The notes below the pieces were generated by a model that worked only from the letters and a program-made list of their open reading frames with translations, was not told the DNA's origin and searched no databases. Shown one piece after another: positions 9,101 through 17,822 of a stretch of DNA of 64,000 nucleotides; the first letter of the stretch is position 1; the number at the start of each line of letters is the position of its first letter. The stretch comes from Bacteroidales bacterium M3 (lineage in GTDB: Bacteria; Bacteroidota; Bacteroidia; Bacteroidales; Muribaculaceae). The position numbers and the translations under genes were made by a program. The stretch spans positions 2,467-66,466 of the forward strand of contig LUJN01000040.1 in the NCBI GenBank assembly GCA_001689445.1. The letters are read 5' to 3'.

Positions 9101-11035
9101 TTTGGCTGGCACGACAAGGCCATTGAGGGTACGGGCGACATCACACTCGACAATCTGACCTACGGACGCGAGCGTGTCGGCGACTTCCGCTTTGACCTCG
9201 ACATCGCCACCACACCCGCCGGAGCCGTAATGGCACAAGCCTACCTGATGGTCGACTCAGTGAGGACCGTCTCCATAGAGGGCGCACTCAACGACTCGAC
9301 CCGCGCCAATCCCTTCAACCTCGACCTGAAGATGATACGCTTCCCCCTAAGGGTAGCCAATCCTTTCCTGCCGCAGGGCACGGCATCACTCCGTGGTATG
9401 CTCAACGGCGACCTCGACATCACGGGCACACTCACCAAGCCGATATTGAACGGCTCGCTGACATTTGACACCGCGTCGGTCAAGGTCAACATGGTGGGCA
9501 CGTCGTTTGCATTTGACAAGCGTCCCATCCCCATCAAGGACAACCTGATAACATTTGACAACTATGCGATCCACGCCATCAACGATAACCCGCTGACCAT
9601 CAACGGCACGGTCGACATCAGCGACTTTGCCGCACCGGTGATGAACCTGATGATGACCGCCCGCGACATGCAGGTAGTGGGCAGCAACAAAGCCAAGGGT
9701 GCCGATGTCTACGGCAAGGCGTTCATCGACCTTGATGCCTACATATGGGGCGACATGTCCCCGTTGGGTATCAGCGCCTCACTCGACATCCTCCCCGGCA
9801 CCAATGTGACATACGTCATGACAAGTGCCCAGAGCGGCACCCTGACAGCGCAGGGCGCAGGCGACATGGTTAGGTTCGTGCAGTTTACCGACTCCCTCGC
9901 GATGGCCCGTGCCGACAGTCTCCCGCAGAGCGACATGTCGATGATAATAGATGCGGTGCTCAAGGTGTCGGAAGGCTCGACCATCAACGTCGACCTCTCC
10001 ACCGACGGACGCAACAAGGCGCAGGTCAAGGGGAGCGGCACGCTCAACTACACTATGTCGGCACTCGGCGACAGCCGCCTGACAGGACGCTACACCATCG
10101 ACCAGGGCTTTGTACGCTACACCCCGCCGCTGATGTCGGAGAAGCTCTTCAACTTCAACCAGGGGAGCTACGTGGGCTTCAACGGCGACATGATGAACCC
10201 CATACTCAACGTGTCGGCAGTGGAGACACTGAAGACCAACGTCACACAGGAGGGACAAAACTCCCGTCTCGTCAACTTTGAGATTTCGGTCGATGTCACC
10301 GGCACGCTCAACGACATGAACGTGAAATTTGACCTCGCCACCCGCGATGACATAACGATACAGAACGAGCTTCAGACCATGAGCCCCGACCAGCGCGCCA
10401 ACCAGGCCATGAATCTGCTGCTGTACAACGTCTACACAGGCCCCGGCACAAAGGCCAACGGCAATCTCGCGGGCAACCCGCTGTTCTCATTCCTCGAGTC
10501 GCAGATCAACTCTTGGGCGGCCAACAACATCAAGGGTGTCGACATATCATTCGGCATCGACCAGTACGACAGCACGGTCAACGGCTCCACCTCCACGACG
10601 ACAAGCTACAGCTACCGCGTGTCCAAGACCCTGTTTAACGACCGCTTCAAGATTGTTGTCGGCGGCAACTATTCGACCGATGCCGATGCCGACGAGAATT
10701 TCTCGCAAAACCTCATCAACGACATCTCATTCGAGTATATGCTCAACCGCTCCGGCTCGATGTACGTGCGCCTGTTCCGCCATGTGGGATACGAAAGCAT
10801 ACTTGAGGGCGAGGTTACCCAGACAGGCGTGGGATTTGTCTACCGACGCAAGCTGCGCACCCTGCGCGACCTGTTCAGGCGTCAAAAGCAGCAGGCACCT
10901 GCGCCGCTGCCTATGACCGAGCCTGTCGCCCCGCAGGACGACAACCGGGCGGCAAGACGCGATGACGCCATAGTACCTGCGGACACGACCGCCACCATGC
11001 ACCAACCAAAACATCCCGACAATGAAACCAAATAA
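6170..11035 (+). CDS. tamB: Translocation and assembly module protein TamB (DUF490 family), 1621 aa
   Basis: GTG start at 6170. N-terminal membrane anchor (LKTLMWVVIVLLMIPVLLYVPFV). A very long beta-rich body and a typical TamB C-terminal region (...YRVSKTLFNDRFKIVVGGNYS...ISFEYMLNRSGSMYVRLFRH). Overlaps the downstream Omp85 gene by 14 nt. Confidence 0.8.
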   Translation: MGHWIKNTIVRRSLKTLMWVVIVLLMIPVLLYVPFVQDFVKGIVLKEVSRTTGMTIAIDHFRLKFPLKVDLGGIMVVEATGDTMVTARQAAVDLHLLPLLRGEVNIAGADLEDAYYRMGTPDSVLYLRARVRSFDLDNSSINLRSSSIDLGETTLSGGVMDLVMRQDSTPVPVDTTAATPWRIKAKMVTLRDITYRMKMMPLIDSLGAQVKIAQLTDGLVDLATQRIHAASLSVDSVTAAYLTPTAEYLAANPPLPTPADTVTGGKLWLVEAEKVSLTNAAGLYAVRGARPMAGLDMSYLQADGINIEVDSFRNRGPEITVPLRRLTGRERCGVQLTASGTFSMDSTGMYARGFDIATLFSRIKLDASMGMGDMTTDPSLPLTVNADANIGIPDVEMIMPAMRPMLRNVPRYNDLRVKARAGGTAGRLNVAELSAVLPGYVNVAMKGRVLNAMDPKRLAGDLQIAGHINNVDFIKPTVLDAKLAKEVNIPPMTLDGRMSLAGTTYKGNLTATTGSGRLALDGYWQGSTEGYDITLSTDSFPVNSFMPTLGVGTVTADIKARGQRLDPTSPQMKLDADATIHHIVYDTRPYHDIHAWASLDKGLIHGGIVSLNTYADFDIELEGRIEGETYTFDIDGDVRDLNLVGLNLSPTESRGSMTLHADGTATPAKSLYDVKFDVSDLEWHMPDTKIASHRLAGTFTATDSTTLADLSERDLSVKFAAFCPLDTLLGRLTRVSAVLDSQMTQRKVDVDAFQRALPHFNLAVNGAGNNVVTDYLAGSDMGLQSLTLNARNDSLIAFGAQVEEFHTGSTRLDTLTFRAIQHGKFLVYNATMNNRRGTLDDFAHVNARGYLANDKLGIFIKQRNIADSIGFNVGMLATMGDSIVTVKFTPYRPTIGYKPWTVNEDNFITYNLYTQHVDADLRMSSAQSKLNLYTEHNAAALGQEDVILQIADVQIADWLSFSPFAPPLAGILSTNLRFGWHDKAIEGTGDITLDNLTYGRERVGDFRFDLDIATTPAGAVMAQAYLMVDSVRTVSIEGALNDSTRANPFNLDLKMIRFPLRVANPFLPQGTASLRGMLNGDLDITGTLTKPILNGSLTFDTASVKVNMVGTSFAFDKRPIPIKDNLITFDNYAIHAINDNPLTINGTVDISDFAAPVMNLMMTARDMQVVGSNKAKGADVYGKAFIDLDAYIWGDMSPLGISASLDILPGTNVTYVMTSAQSGTLTAQGAGDMVRFVQFTDSLAMARADSLPQSDMSMIIDAVLKVSEGSTINVDLSTDGRNKAQVKGSGTLNYTMSALGDSRLTGRYTIDQGFVRYTPPLMSEKLFNFNQGSYVGFNGDMMNPILNVSAVETLKTNVTQEGQNSRLVNFEISVDVTGTLNDMNVKFDLATRDDITIQNELQTMSPDQRANQAMNLLLYNVYTGPGTKANGNLAGNPLFSFLESQINSWAANNIKGVDISFGIDQYDSTVNGSTSTTTSYSYRVSKTLFNDRFKIVVGGNYSTDADADENFSQNLINDISFEYMLNRSGSMYVRLFRHVGYESILEGEVTQTGVGFVYRRKLRTLRDLFRRQKQQAPAPLPMTEPVAPQDDNRAARRDDAIVPADTTATMHQPKHPDNETK

Positions 11036-13331
11036 CGCCATATACGCTCTCCTTACAGCCTTGATGCTGCCGCTGCTGCTCGCATCGTGCTCGACCACCA
11101 AGCGTCTCGGGCCTGATGAGATACTCTACACGGGCGTGAAGAAGGTGCAGATTACCGGGCCCGATGACGGCAAGCTCCCCATCGTGCCGGGTGCCAAGAG
11201 CGCCATTTCCGATGCGGTCAACGTGGCGCCCAACAATTCGCTCATATCGCCCTACATACGCTACCCGTTCCCCATCGGGCTATGGGTCTATAACAACTGG
11301 AACGATCCGGGCAAAGGCTTCAAACACTGGCTCTACAACAAGCTCGTCGAGGAACCGGTGCTCATCTCCGATGTGCGCCCCGAGCTGCGAACAAAGATGA
11401 TTGACGACATACTCGACAACCACGGGTATTTCCGTGGCAACGCCTCCTACGAGCTTGTGCAGGGCAAGAACAAGAAAAAGGCCCGCATCCTCTACAAGGT
11501 CAACTCCGGGCCTGTGTACACCCTCGACTCGATATACCTGCTACCCGACACCTGCGACCTCTATCACCAGATTGACTCTGTGGCCTCCCGCAGCCCCTAC
11601 CTCCAGACGGGCGCGCAATATGACACCGACTCGCTGAGTGCCGAGCGCATACGCATCACCAACGTGCTGCGCAACCGTGGCTACTACTTCTTCAAGCCCG
11701 ACTATATCGAGTATCTCGCCGACTCGACCGTAGGGCCACAGCGCATAGCTATGAAGCTCACCGTTGCGTCAAACACCCCTCGCGAGGCATTGAGACGCTA
11801 CCGCACGGGCAACGTGACCGTCTATATCAACCGCAACCAGGGGGGTGGCACTCCCGAGACATTCGAGACTCCGCGCGCCAAGGTCGTGCAGATGATGCCC
11901 TCACGCCTGAGACGCGGCATCATCGGGGAGTGTGTCACGTTCCGCAAAGGCCGCTACTTCTCGGTGCGCAACATGAACCGCACGCAGACCTACCTCTCGC
12001 GCCTCGGTATATTCAACGCCATTAACATGGTGGTGATGCCCGACACCGTGGCGGGAAGCGACATGCTCGACGTGGCGATAGAGTGCACGTTCGACACGCC
12101 GCTTGAGGCGAGCATCGAGGCAAACGTATCGTCAAAGTCAAACAGCTACATCGGCCCGGGCATCACGCTCGGACTCACCAACCGCAACCTCTTCGGCGGC
12201 GGAGAGCAACTCAACGTGAGCCTCACCGGCTCATACGAATGGGCCACGGGTGGAGCCAAGGGGGAGGACAAGTCGGTATTCAACTCTTACGAAATAGGGC
12301 TTCAGGCATCGCTGTCGTTCCCACGTCTGCTTGCCCCGCGATTTGTCCCCCGCACGCGCCGCTATGTCAACTGGACGCGCATCACGCTCAACGCCGACCT
12401 GCTCAACCGCCCCCACTACTTCAAGATGGCACAGTTTTCCACGTCGTTCAACTACGACTGGAAGCCCACCCGCAACACGTCGAGCACCCTCACCCTGCTG
12501 AAGCTCACCTACACCAAGCTGCTCCACCGCACAGAGGTGTTCGACTCCATTATGGATGCCAATCCGGCCGTCGCGCTGAGTTTCCGCAACCAATTTATCC
12601 CCCAGATGGCCTACAGCTACGTGTGGCAACGGACATTCGACCCCGACAACCAGCTCAACTGGCAGTTTACCGTCGCCGAGGCCGGCAACATCTTCTGGGC
12701 CGCATGGCGCGCCTGTGGTGTCAAAGGGGAGAAGAAGCTGTTCGGGATGCCGTTCTCACAGTTTGTCAAGGGCACGACCCAGCTTGTCTACTCGCGCCGT
12801 CTCGGCCGGGGCGACCATTGGCTCGTGACACGCGGTGCGGTCGGGGCGGCACATGCTTACGGCAATGCCAGCCAGGTGCCCTACAGCGAGCAGTTCTATG
12901 TCGGCGGAGCCAATTCGGTGAGGGCGTTTACCGTGCGCTCACTCGGCCCGGGGAGCTACCGTCCGCCACAAGACTCGTCAAACGGCTACTTCGACCAGAC
13001 GGGTACATTCAAGTTTGAGTTCAACGTCGAGTACCGCTTCCCGATATTCGGCCCGCTGCACGGGGCAGTGTTCTTTGATGCAGGCAATGTGTGGCTTCTG
13101 AAGAACGACCCGATGCGCCCCGGTGGACTGCTGCAGGCCAAGACATTCCTGCGCGACCTCGCTACAGGCACGGGCGTCGGGCTGCGGTTTGACATCGGCA
13201 TGATGGTGATACGCGGCGACCTCGGAATCGGCATCCACGCCCCCTACGCCACCTCGCGCCACGGCTACTACAACATGGAATCCTTCGGCAAGAGCCTCGC
13301 TTTCCATCTCGCCATCGGCTACCCGTTCTAA
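11022..13331 (+). CDS. tamL: BamA/TamA (Omp85) family outer-membrane protein, lipoprotein form (TamL-type partner of TamB)
   Basis: Lipobox signal (MLPLLLASCST). The C-terminal Omp85 barrel includes YVGGANSVRAFTVRSLGPG and ends in an aromatic residue (...HLAIGYPF). The 14-nt overlap with tamB suggests translational coupling. Confidence 0.8.
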   Translation: MKPNNAIYALLTALMLPLLLASCSTTKRLGPDEILYTGVKKVQITGPDDGKLPIVPGAKSAISDAVNVAPNNSLISPYIRYPFPIGLWVYNNWNDPGKGFKHWLYNKLVEEPVLISDVRPELRTKMIDDILDNHGYFRGNASYELVQGKNKKKARILYKVNSGPVYTLDSIYLLPDTCDLYHQIDSVASRSPYLQTGAQYDTDSLSAERIRITNVLRNRGYYFFKPDYIEYLADSTVGPQRIAMKLTVASNTPREALRRYRTGNVTVYINRNQGGGTPETFETPRAKVVQMMPSRLRRGIIGECVTFRKGRYFSVRNMNRTQTYLSRLGIFNAINMVVMPDTVAGSDMLDVAIECTFDTPLEASIEANVSSKSNSYIGPGITLGLTNRNLFGGGEQLNVSLTGSYEWATGGAKGEDKSVFNSYEIGLQASLSFPRLLAPRFVPRTRRYVNWTRITLNADLLNRPHYFKMAQFSTSFNYDWKPTRNTSSTLTLLKLTYTKLLHRTEVFDSIMDANPAVALSFRNQFIPQMAYSYVWQRTFDPDNQLNWQFTVAEAGNIFWAAWRACGVKGEKKLFGMPFSQFVKGTTQLVYSRRLGRGDHWLVTRGAVGAAHAYGNASQVPYSEQFYVGGANSVRAFTVRSLGPGSYRPPQDSSNGYFDQTGTFKFEFNVEYRFPIFGPLHGAVFFDAGNVWLLKNDPMRPGGLLQAKTFLRDLATGTGVGLRFDIGMMVIRGDLGIGIHAPYATSRHGYYNMESFGKSLAFHLAIGYPF

Positions 13332-13345
13332 CAGGCTGCTACTAA

Positions 13346-14344
13346 TTACCCTTGATTCCCTTTGGTCTTAGCATTGAGGGCCTTGATTGTGTCGAGATAG
13401 GCTCGCTCCACGGGCGACAGCTCACGTACTTGGAAACGGCGGTATTCCTGTTCGGCTTTCTCCATTGCCTGTTGGTGACTTACAGTGCCAGGGCCGTCAA
13501 GCAATGCCTCTCCTGTCGAGGAGAGTATATTGTCAAGCTGCTGCACATAGTCGCTCATATACATAGGCTTACGGCGCATCGCCTGAATCTCGGCAAAGTC
13601 GAAATATCCCGAGACAAGGTTGTTAAGTATCTTCAGTTCCTCCTCACTGAGATAGTTTTTCGCAATTTTCGCATCACGCAATGTCGGATGGTCTCCCTTG
13701 AATGATGTGAGGCCCATCAATGGAGTTTCGGCATTTGCACGACTGAAAATCACCTCGGCTGCCGTATGGCCGTGCGCGGCAAAATGAAGCTTATTCTGCA
13801 CTATCTTGAAAAACTCGACCGATATGTCGGAACGGGGGTCATAATCGACAGCGGTCGCATAGAGGTCAAGGACTTGGCGATACATCACCTTTTCAGAACT
13901 GCGTATATCACGTATGCGGTCGAGGAGTTCCCGCCAATAAGCGCCTCCACCGTTGCCTTTCAGCCGCTCATCGTCCATCGTAAAGCCCTTTATGATGTAT
14001 TCCTTAAGTCGCTCGGTGGCCCATCGCCTGAAATGGGTAGCGATAACCGACCTAATCCTGTAGCCCAAGGAAATAATCATGTCGAGGTTGTAGAACGTTA
14101 TATTGTAGTTTTTTCCATCTGAAGCAGTTGTTCGGAATTTCCGAACAACTGAACACTCATCAAGCTCTCCATCCTCAAATATATGCTTAATATGCTCACT
14201 CACATTGGCCTTGCTTGTATGATATAGCTCACATAACTGTTGCTGTGACAGCCATACGGTATCGCCTGTGAATTTTACCTCAATGCGGGTGTCTCCATCC
14301 TCGCCTTGATAGATTATTATCTGATTGTTTTCGTCCATGTTCAT
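13346..14344 (-). CDS. rhuM: RhuM family virulence-associated protein
   Basis: The N-terminus (IIIYQGEDGDTRIEVKFTGDTVWLSQQQLCELYHTSKANVSEHIKHIF...YNLDMIISLGYRIRS..ATHFRRWATERLKEYIIKGF) matches my memory of RhuM-family proteins. The gene is visibly AT-richer than its neighbours. Confidence 0.75.
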   Translation of the reverse strand: MNMDENNQIIIYQGEDGDTRIEVKFTGDTVWLSQQQLCELYHTSKANVSEHIKHIFEDGELDECSVVRKFRTTASDGKNYNITFYNLDMIISLGYRIRSVIATHFRRWATERLKEYIIKGFTMDDERLKGNGGGAYWRELLDRIRDIRSSEKVMYRQVLDLYATAVDYDPRSDISVEFFKIVQNKLHFAAHGHTAAEVIFSRANAETPLMGLTSFKGDHPTLRDAKIAKNYLSEEELKILNNLVSGYFDFAEIQAMRRKPMYMSDYVQQLDNILSSTGEALLDGPGTVSHQQAMEKAEQEYRRFQVRELSPVERAYLDTIKALNAKTKGNQG

Positions 14345-14362
14345 CTTTATTGCATTAGGTAT

Positions 14363-14914
14363 TCAATTTTTGGGCTGGTGGAAGAGGGCGGCGAGGGCGT
14401 CAAAGCGGGCGAGGGTCGCCGCGCCGTGGCGGCCGAGGGAGGAGCGCACGTCGCCAAATGGCTTTTGGGTCATGTCGCCACCCTTGGAGAAAAATTTGTC
14501 GGCGTAGCATATCAGTTTTTCAAGCAAGGTTTCAGGAAGCAAATCTCGAGGTTGCAGCGGCAGCTGCTGCTCAACAATCTCCTGTGCGGTCAGCCCGGTG
14601 CCCGTATGACGCTCTGCCACGCGGGCAAACAGCTCATTGACCCCCTCCCGGCGCAGCAGGTCGGCACCGAGTGTCCCGTGGGCTATATACGGGGCATCGC
14701 CGTGACACCCGATGGAGGGCGCATGTGTCATGAAGATGCCTATATCGTGGAGCATCGCGGCCGCCTCGACATCACCCTCGTCAAGGGGGAGACGACACTC
14801 GCGGGCTATGCTGAGAGCCATATCGGCCACCTGCCGTGAATGACGCAACAATATCTCACGGGCAGGATGACCCACGGGATAATATTTGTCGATAATATGT
14901 TGGTAGTCTATCAT
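14363..14914 (-). CDS. HD-domain phosphohydrolase
   Basis: Contains an HD motif (AAMLHDIGIF) and later His residues (ERHTGTG). I prefer the start at MIDYQHIIDKYY (14914) over the ORF-track start at 14953, because the extension runs into an intergenic repeat motif. Confidence 0.7.
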   Translation of the reverse strand: MIDYQHIIDKYYPVGHPAREILLRHSRQVADMALSIARECRLPLDEGDVEAAAMLHDIGIFMTHAPSIGCHGDAPYIAHGTLGADLLRREGVNELFARVAERHTGTGLTAQEIVEQQLPLQPRDLLPETLLEKLICYADKFFSKGGDMTQKPFGDVRSSLGRHGAATLARFDALAALFHQPKN

Positions 14915-14986
14915 TTTTGTAAAATATGTAGGGGCGCGACCTTTCGCGACCATACTGCAAGGAGAAATATCTCAATTAATCAAAAA

Positions 14987-15013
14987 GCGGGGCAATCTGA
15001 CGAATTGCCCCGC
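14987..15013 (-). terminator. Rho-independent terminator-like hairpin downstream of ilvE
   Basis: gcggggcaat-ctgacga-attgccccgc forms a 10-bp stem. On the minus strand it is followed by TTTTT, and it sits 33 nt after the ilvE stop. Confidence 0.65.
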
Positions 15014-15045
15014 TCTTGTTTAGTGTATTAATAATATGCCTGTTA

Positions 15046-16068
15046 TCAGTCGATGATGGTGTTCCAGCCGTGAATGTCCTCCTCCTCGCCGAGCTGTATG
15101 GCCCGGAGCTTGTTGTAGAGGGCGGTGGTAACAGGGCCTGGCTGTCCGTCACGCGAGATGACATATTTCTTGCCGGTGTCGAGGTCGTCGATTTCTCCGA
15201 CAGGCGAAGCGACGGCTGCCGTGCCGCAGGCTGCTGCCTCATCAATGGTCTCAAGCTCCTCAAGCGGAATATGGCGGCTCTCCACCTCGATGCCCATGTC
15301 GCGGGCAAGCTGCTGGAGGCTCATGTTGGTTATCGAGGGGAGGATTGACTCGGAGGCGGGAGTGATATACTTGCCCTCCTTGATGGCAAAAAAGTTGGCG
15401 GGACCGCACTCATCAAGATACTTCTTCTCCTTGGGGTCGAGATAGAGCACAGCCGAGTAGCCAAGTTCGTGGGCATGCTCGCCGGCAGAGAGCGACGCGG
15501 CATAGTTGCCGCCGACCTTCCAGCGGCCTGTGCCCTTGGGGGCAACGCGGTCATACTCGCGCATTATGCATATGTTGGTGGGCTTGAAGCCCCCCTTGAA
15601 GTACGGGCCAACGGGTGTTACAAGTATGAGGAACAGGTACTCCGAGGCAGGTTTCACACCCACCTGTGCCGAGATGCCTATCTCAAGAGGACGGATGTAT
15701 AGCGACGCGCCACTGCCGTAGGGAGGCACGAAACGTTCGTTGAGCTTCACAACCTTCATCACCATCTCGCGGAAAAGCTCAATAGTGAGCGGAGCCATCT
15801 TGATGCCCTTTGCCGACTCGATGATACGCTTGGCGTTCTCCTCAAGACGGAAGACTCGCACCTTGCCATCCTTACCACGGAAAGCCTTCAGCCCTTCAAA
15901 AATCTCCTGTCCGTAGTGGAGGGCGGTAGCGGCTATGTGGAGGTTGATGGTCTCGGACGAGGAAACTTCAATCTCGCCCCATTTGCCGTCGCGGTAATAG
16001 CAACGCACATTGTAGTCGGTAGGGATATATCCAAATGAGAGATTACCCCAGTCTAATTCTTTGCTCAT
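15046..16068 (-). CDS. ilvE: Branched-chain amino acid aminotransferase
   Basis: 340 aa. The N-terminus (DWGNLSFGYIPTDYNVRCYYRDGKWG...HYGQEIFEGLKAFRGKDGKVRVFR) is typical of the long-form class IV aminotransferase BCAT. Confidence 0.85.
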   Translation of the reverse strand: MSKELDWGNLSFGYIPTDYNVRCYYRDGKWGEIEVSSSETINLHIAATALHYGQEIFEGLKAFRGKDGKVRVFRLEENAKRIIESAKGIKMAPLTIELFREMVMKVVKLNERFVPPYGSGASLYIRPLEIGISAQVGVKPASEYLFLILVTPVGPYFKGGFKPTNICIMREYDRVAPKGTGRWKVGGNYAASLSAGEHAHELGYSAVLYLDPKEKKYLDECGPANFFAIKEGKYITPASESILPSITNMSLQQLARDMGIEVESRHIPLEELETIDEAAACGTAAVASPVGEIDDLDTGKKYVISRDGQPGPVTTALYNKLRAIQLGEEEDIHGWNTIID

Positions 16069-16178
16069 ATCTACTCTCCTTTAGAGTCTGTTTAGGATTT
16101 CTTCTTGTTTATTTTGCGAAATTACCACTTTTTCATTGAAAAATCGGCATTTGGCTACTATTTTTTGCACGAATACCA

Positions 16179-16186
16179 TATCTTTG
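16179..16186 (+). promoter_or_regulatory. Bacteroidota -7 promoter box (TAnnTTTG)
   Basis: TATCTTTG sits 25 nt upstream of the ATG at 16212. Confidence 0.35.
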
Positions 16187-16211
16187 TGTAAGTTTGTAAG
16201 ACAACAAAACC

Positions 16212-17735
16212 ATGCAGATGAAACGGGCCGAAGACCTACACGTGCCGCAGATAGCGGGATTGCTCATCATAGCCATAGGGGTGATGATGGCGGTATATTT
16301 CAACTACATACCGTATGTCGGAGACGACCTGGTCTACAGCGGCTCGTGGGAACGCTACTATCGCGGGCTTATCGACTACCCGCTGCACTTTGCCCGCAAC
16401 ATGCTGAGAGTCAACGGACGCATGGGCGACAAGCTGAACATCTTCTGGATGTGCTACCTGCCGCGCCCGGTGCTTTCGATAGTTGCCGGGGCGATGGTGT
16501 CGCTTTTCCTGTGGCTCGTCATCCGCTCGGCGCGCGTGCCGCGCCAGTGGGTGACGGCACGTGTCGTCATCGTCTCGCTGCTGGTGCTGACAATGCCGTG
16601 GTGGGACAGCTTCTCGCTGTTTGTGTGCCAGTTCAACTACGTGTGGACGTCGGTATTTGTCCTCGCGGTGATACTTGTCCTGCTGAACGCGCGTTTTCGC
16701 AGCCGGTGGATGTGGCTGATGCCCCCGTTGGCGTTTATGGCTGCAGCGATGCACGAGGCGTGCGGCATTAGCGCGTCTGTCGGGCTGGCGGCATACTTTT
16801 ATCTCCACCGCTCCTCCACGCCGATGCCGCGCATCAAGCGGTGGACGCTGTGGCTGTTCTTCGCAGGGGCGATAGTGCCCCTGCTCTCCCCCGCCTTCTG
16901 GTGGCGCGTGGGGAATGCGGGAGCCGACCCTGACGACCCTATGTGGCTGTTGGTGCTCAAAAGTGACTTCTATGCCCTCGCCCTGACGCTGTTTATCGTC
17001 ACCGCACGGTTTGCCGCGCCCCATCGTCTCGCCGAGATGATGAAATCATCGTGGACGATATACGCTGTCGCGGCCATAGTGTCGATGTGCATCAGCGCAT
17101 TAGGGGGCATCGTAGGCCGCTCGGGATGGTTTGCCCAGACATTTGCCATCATCGCATTCTTCCAATGGGGTGTGGAGAGCCATGCACGCATATCGCGCCG
17201 CCTCGGGGTGACGGTGAATGCCGTACTGGTCGCTGTGGTGACATTCCACCTTGTGGATGTCGTCAGGTGGCAACGGGTCACGGGACGCGAGCTTGAATCG
17301 TGCCTCACAGCCTATGAGAGCAATCCTTCACAGCCTGTCTACATGGACTTTACAGGCGACGAACGACAGCCGTGGTGGGTGCTCCACAAGACACGCGGCG
17401 TACCCGATGCCGACGACCGATATATCATCGAGACCATCACCCACCTGCGCGGCGACAGCATACACCCGCTCGTCGTGCTCCCGACAGCCTTGCGCGGCAT
17501 GGACTTCTCGGCACTGCGGGGAATGCGTCAGGTAACACAACCCTATACCGCTTACAACACGCTCCCGCCATCGACCGTGCCCCCAAGCTATGTCGCGGCA
17601 GTGATGCCCTCCGACACCGACGACAGGATGTTCTGCCACCGCAACGGCACGACCTACGTCGTCGTCCCGTTCAAGAAGGGTGGTCGACAGCTTTATTTCC
17701 TCACCCCGCGCGAGCAAGACCCCGGCGACCGGTAG
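16212..17735 (+). CDS. Multi-pass integral membrane protein of unknown function (possibly DUF6056 or GT-C-like)
   Basis: 507 aa. There are many hydrophobic helices in the first ~330 aa and a soluble C-terminal ~170 aa. An acidic motif lies near the first loop (YIPYVGDDLVYSG). The family assignment is tentative. Confidence 0.5.
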   Translation: MQMKRAEDLHVPQIAGLLIIAIGVMMAVYFNYIPYVGDDLVYSGSWERYYRGLIDYPLHFARNMLRVNGRMGDKLNIFWMCYLPRPVLSIVAGAMVSLFLWLVIRSARVPRQWVTARVVIVSLLVLTMPWWDSFSLFVCQFNYVWTSVFVLAVILVLLNARFRSRWMWLMPPLAFMAAAMHEACGISASVGLAAYFYLHRSSTPMPRIKRWTLWLFFAGAIVPLLSPAFWWRVGNAGADPDDPMWLLVLKSDFYALALTLFIVTARFAAPHRLAEMMKSSWTIYAVAAIVSMCISALGGIVGRSGWFAQTFAIIAFFQWGVESHARISRRLGVTVNAVLVAVVTFHLVDVVRWQRVTGRELESCLTAYESNPSQPVYMDFTGDERQPWWVLHKTRGVPDADDRYIIETITHLRGDSIHPLVVLPTALRGMDFSALRGMRQVTQPYTAYNTLPPSTVPPSYVAAVMPSDTDDRMFCHRNGTTYVVVPFKKGGRQLYFLTPREQDPGDR

Positions 17736-17760
17736 CGCATGATACCATCGTAAATGGAAA

Positions 17761-17795
17761 ATAGCTATCACAGCCGTCACGGCTATAATAGCTAT
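17761..17795 (-). terminator. Terminator-like hairpin downstream of purB
   Basis: atagct-atcac-agccg-tca-cggct-ataat-agctat. On the minus strand it is followed by TTTTCC, and it sits 28 nt after the purB stop. Confidence 0.55.
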
Positions 17796-17822
17796 TTAGT
17801 TTTATGTCAGGCGTAAAAGTCC

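Noticed and set aside
8516-9238. 240-aa minus-strand ORF and several other 60-200-aa ORFs inside tamB, plus alternative-frame ORFs such as 12239..13018 inside tamL
   Set aside because: They are embedded in long, well-supported genes and have no independent signals or recognisable motifs.
16236-17024. 262-aa minus-strand ORF opposite the multi-pass membrane protein
   Set aside because: Its extremely Arg/His/Pro/Gln-rich translation is typical of the antisense frame of a GC-rich membrane-protein gene.
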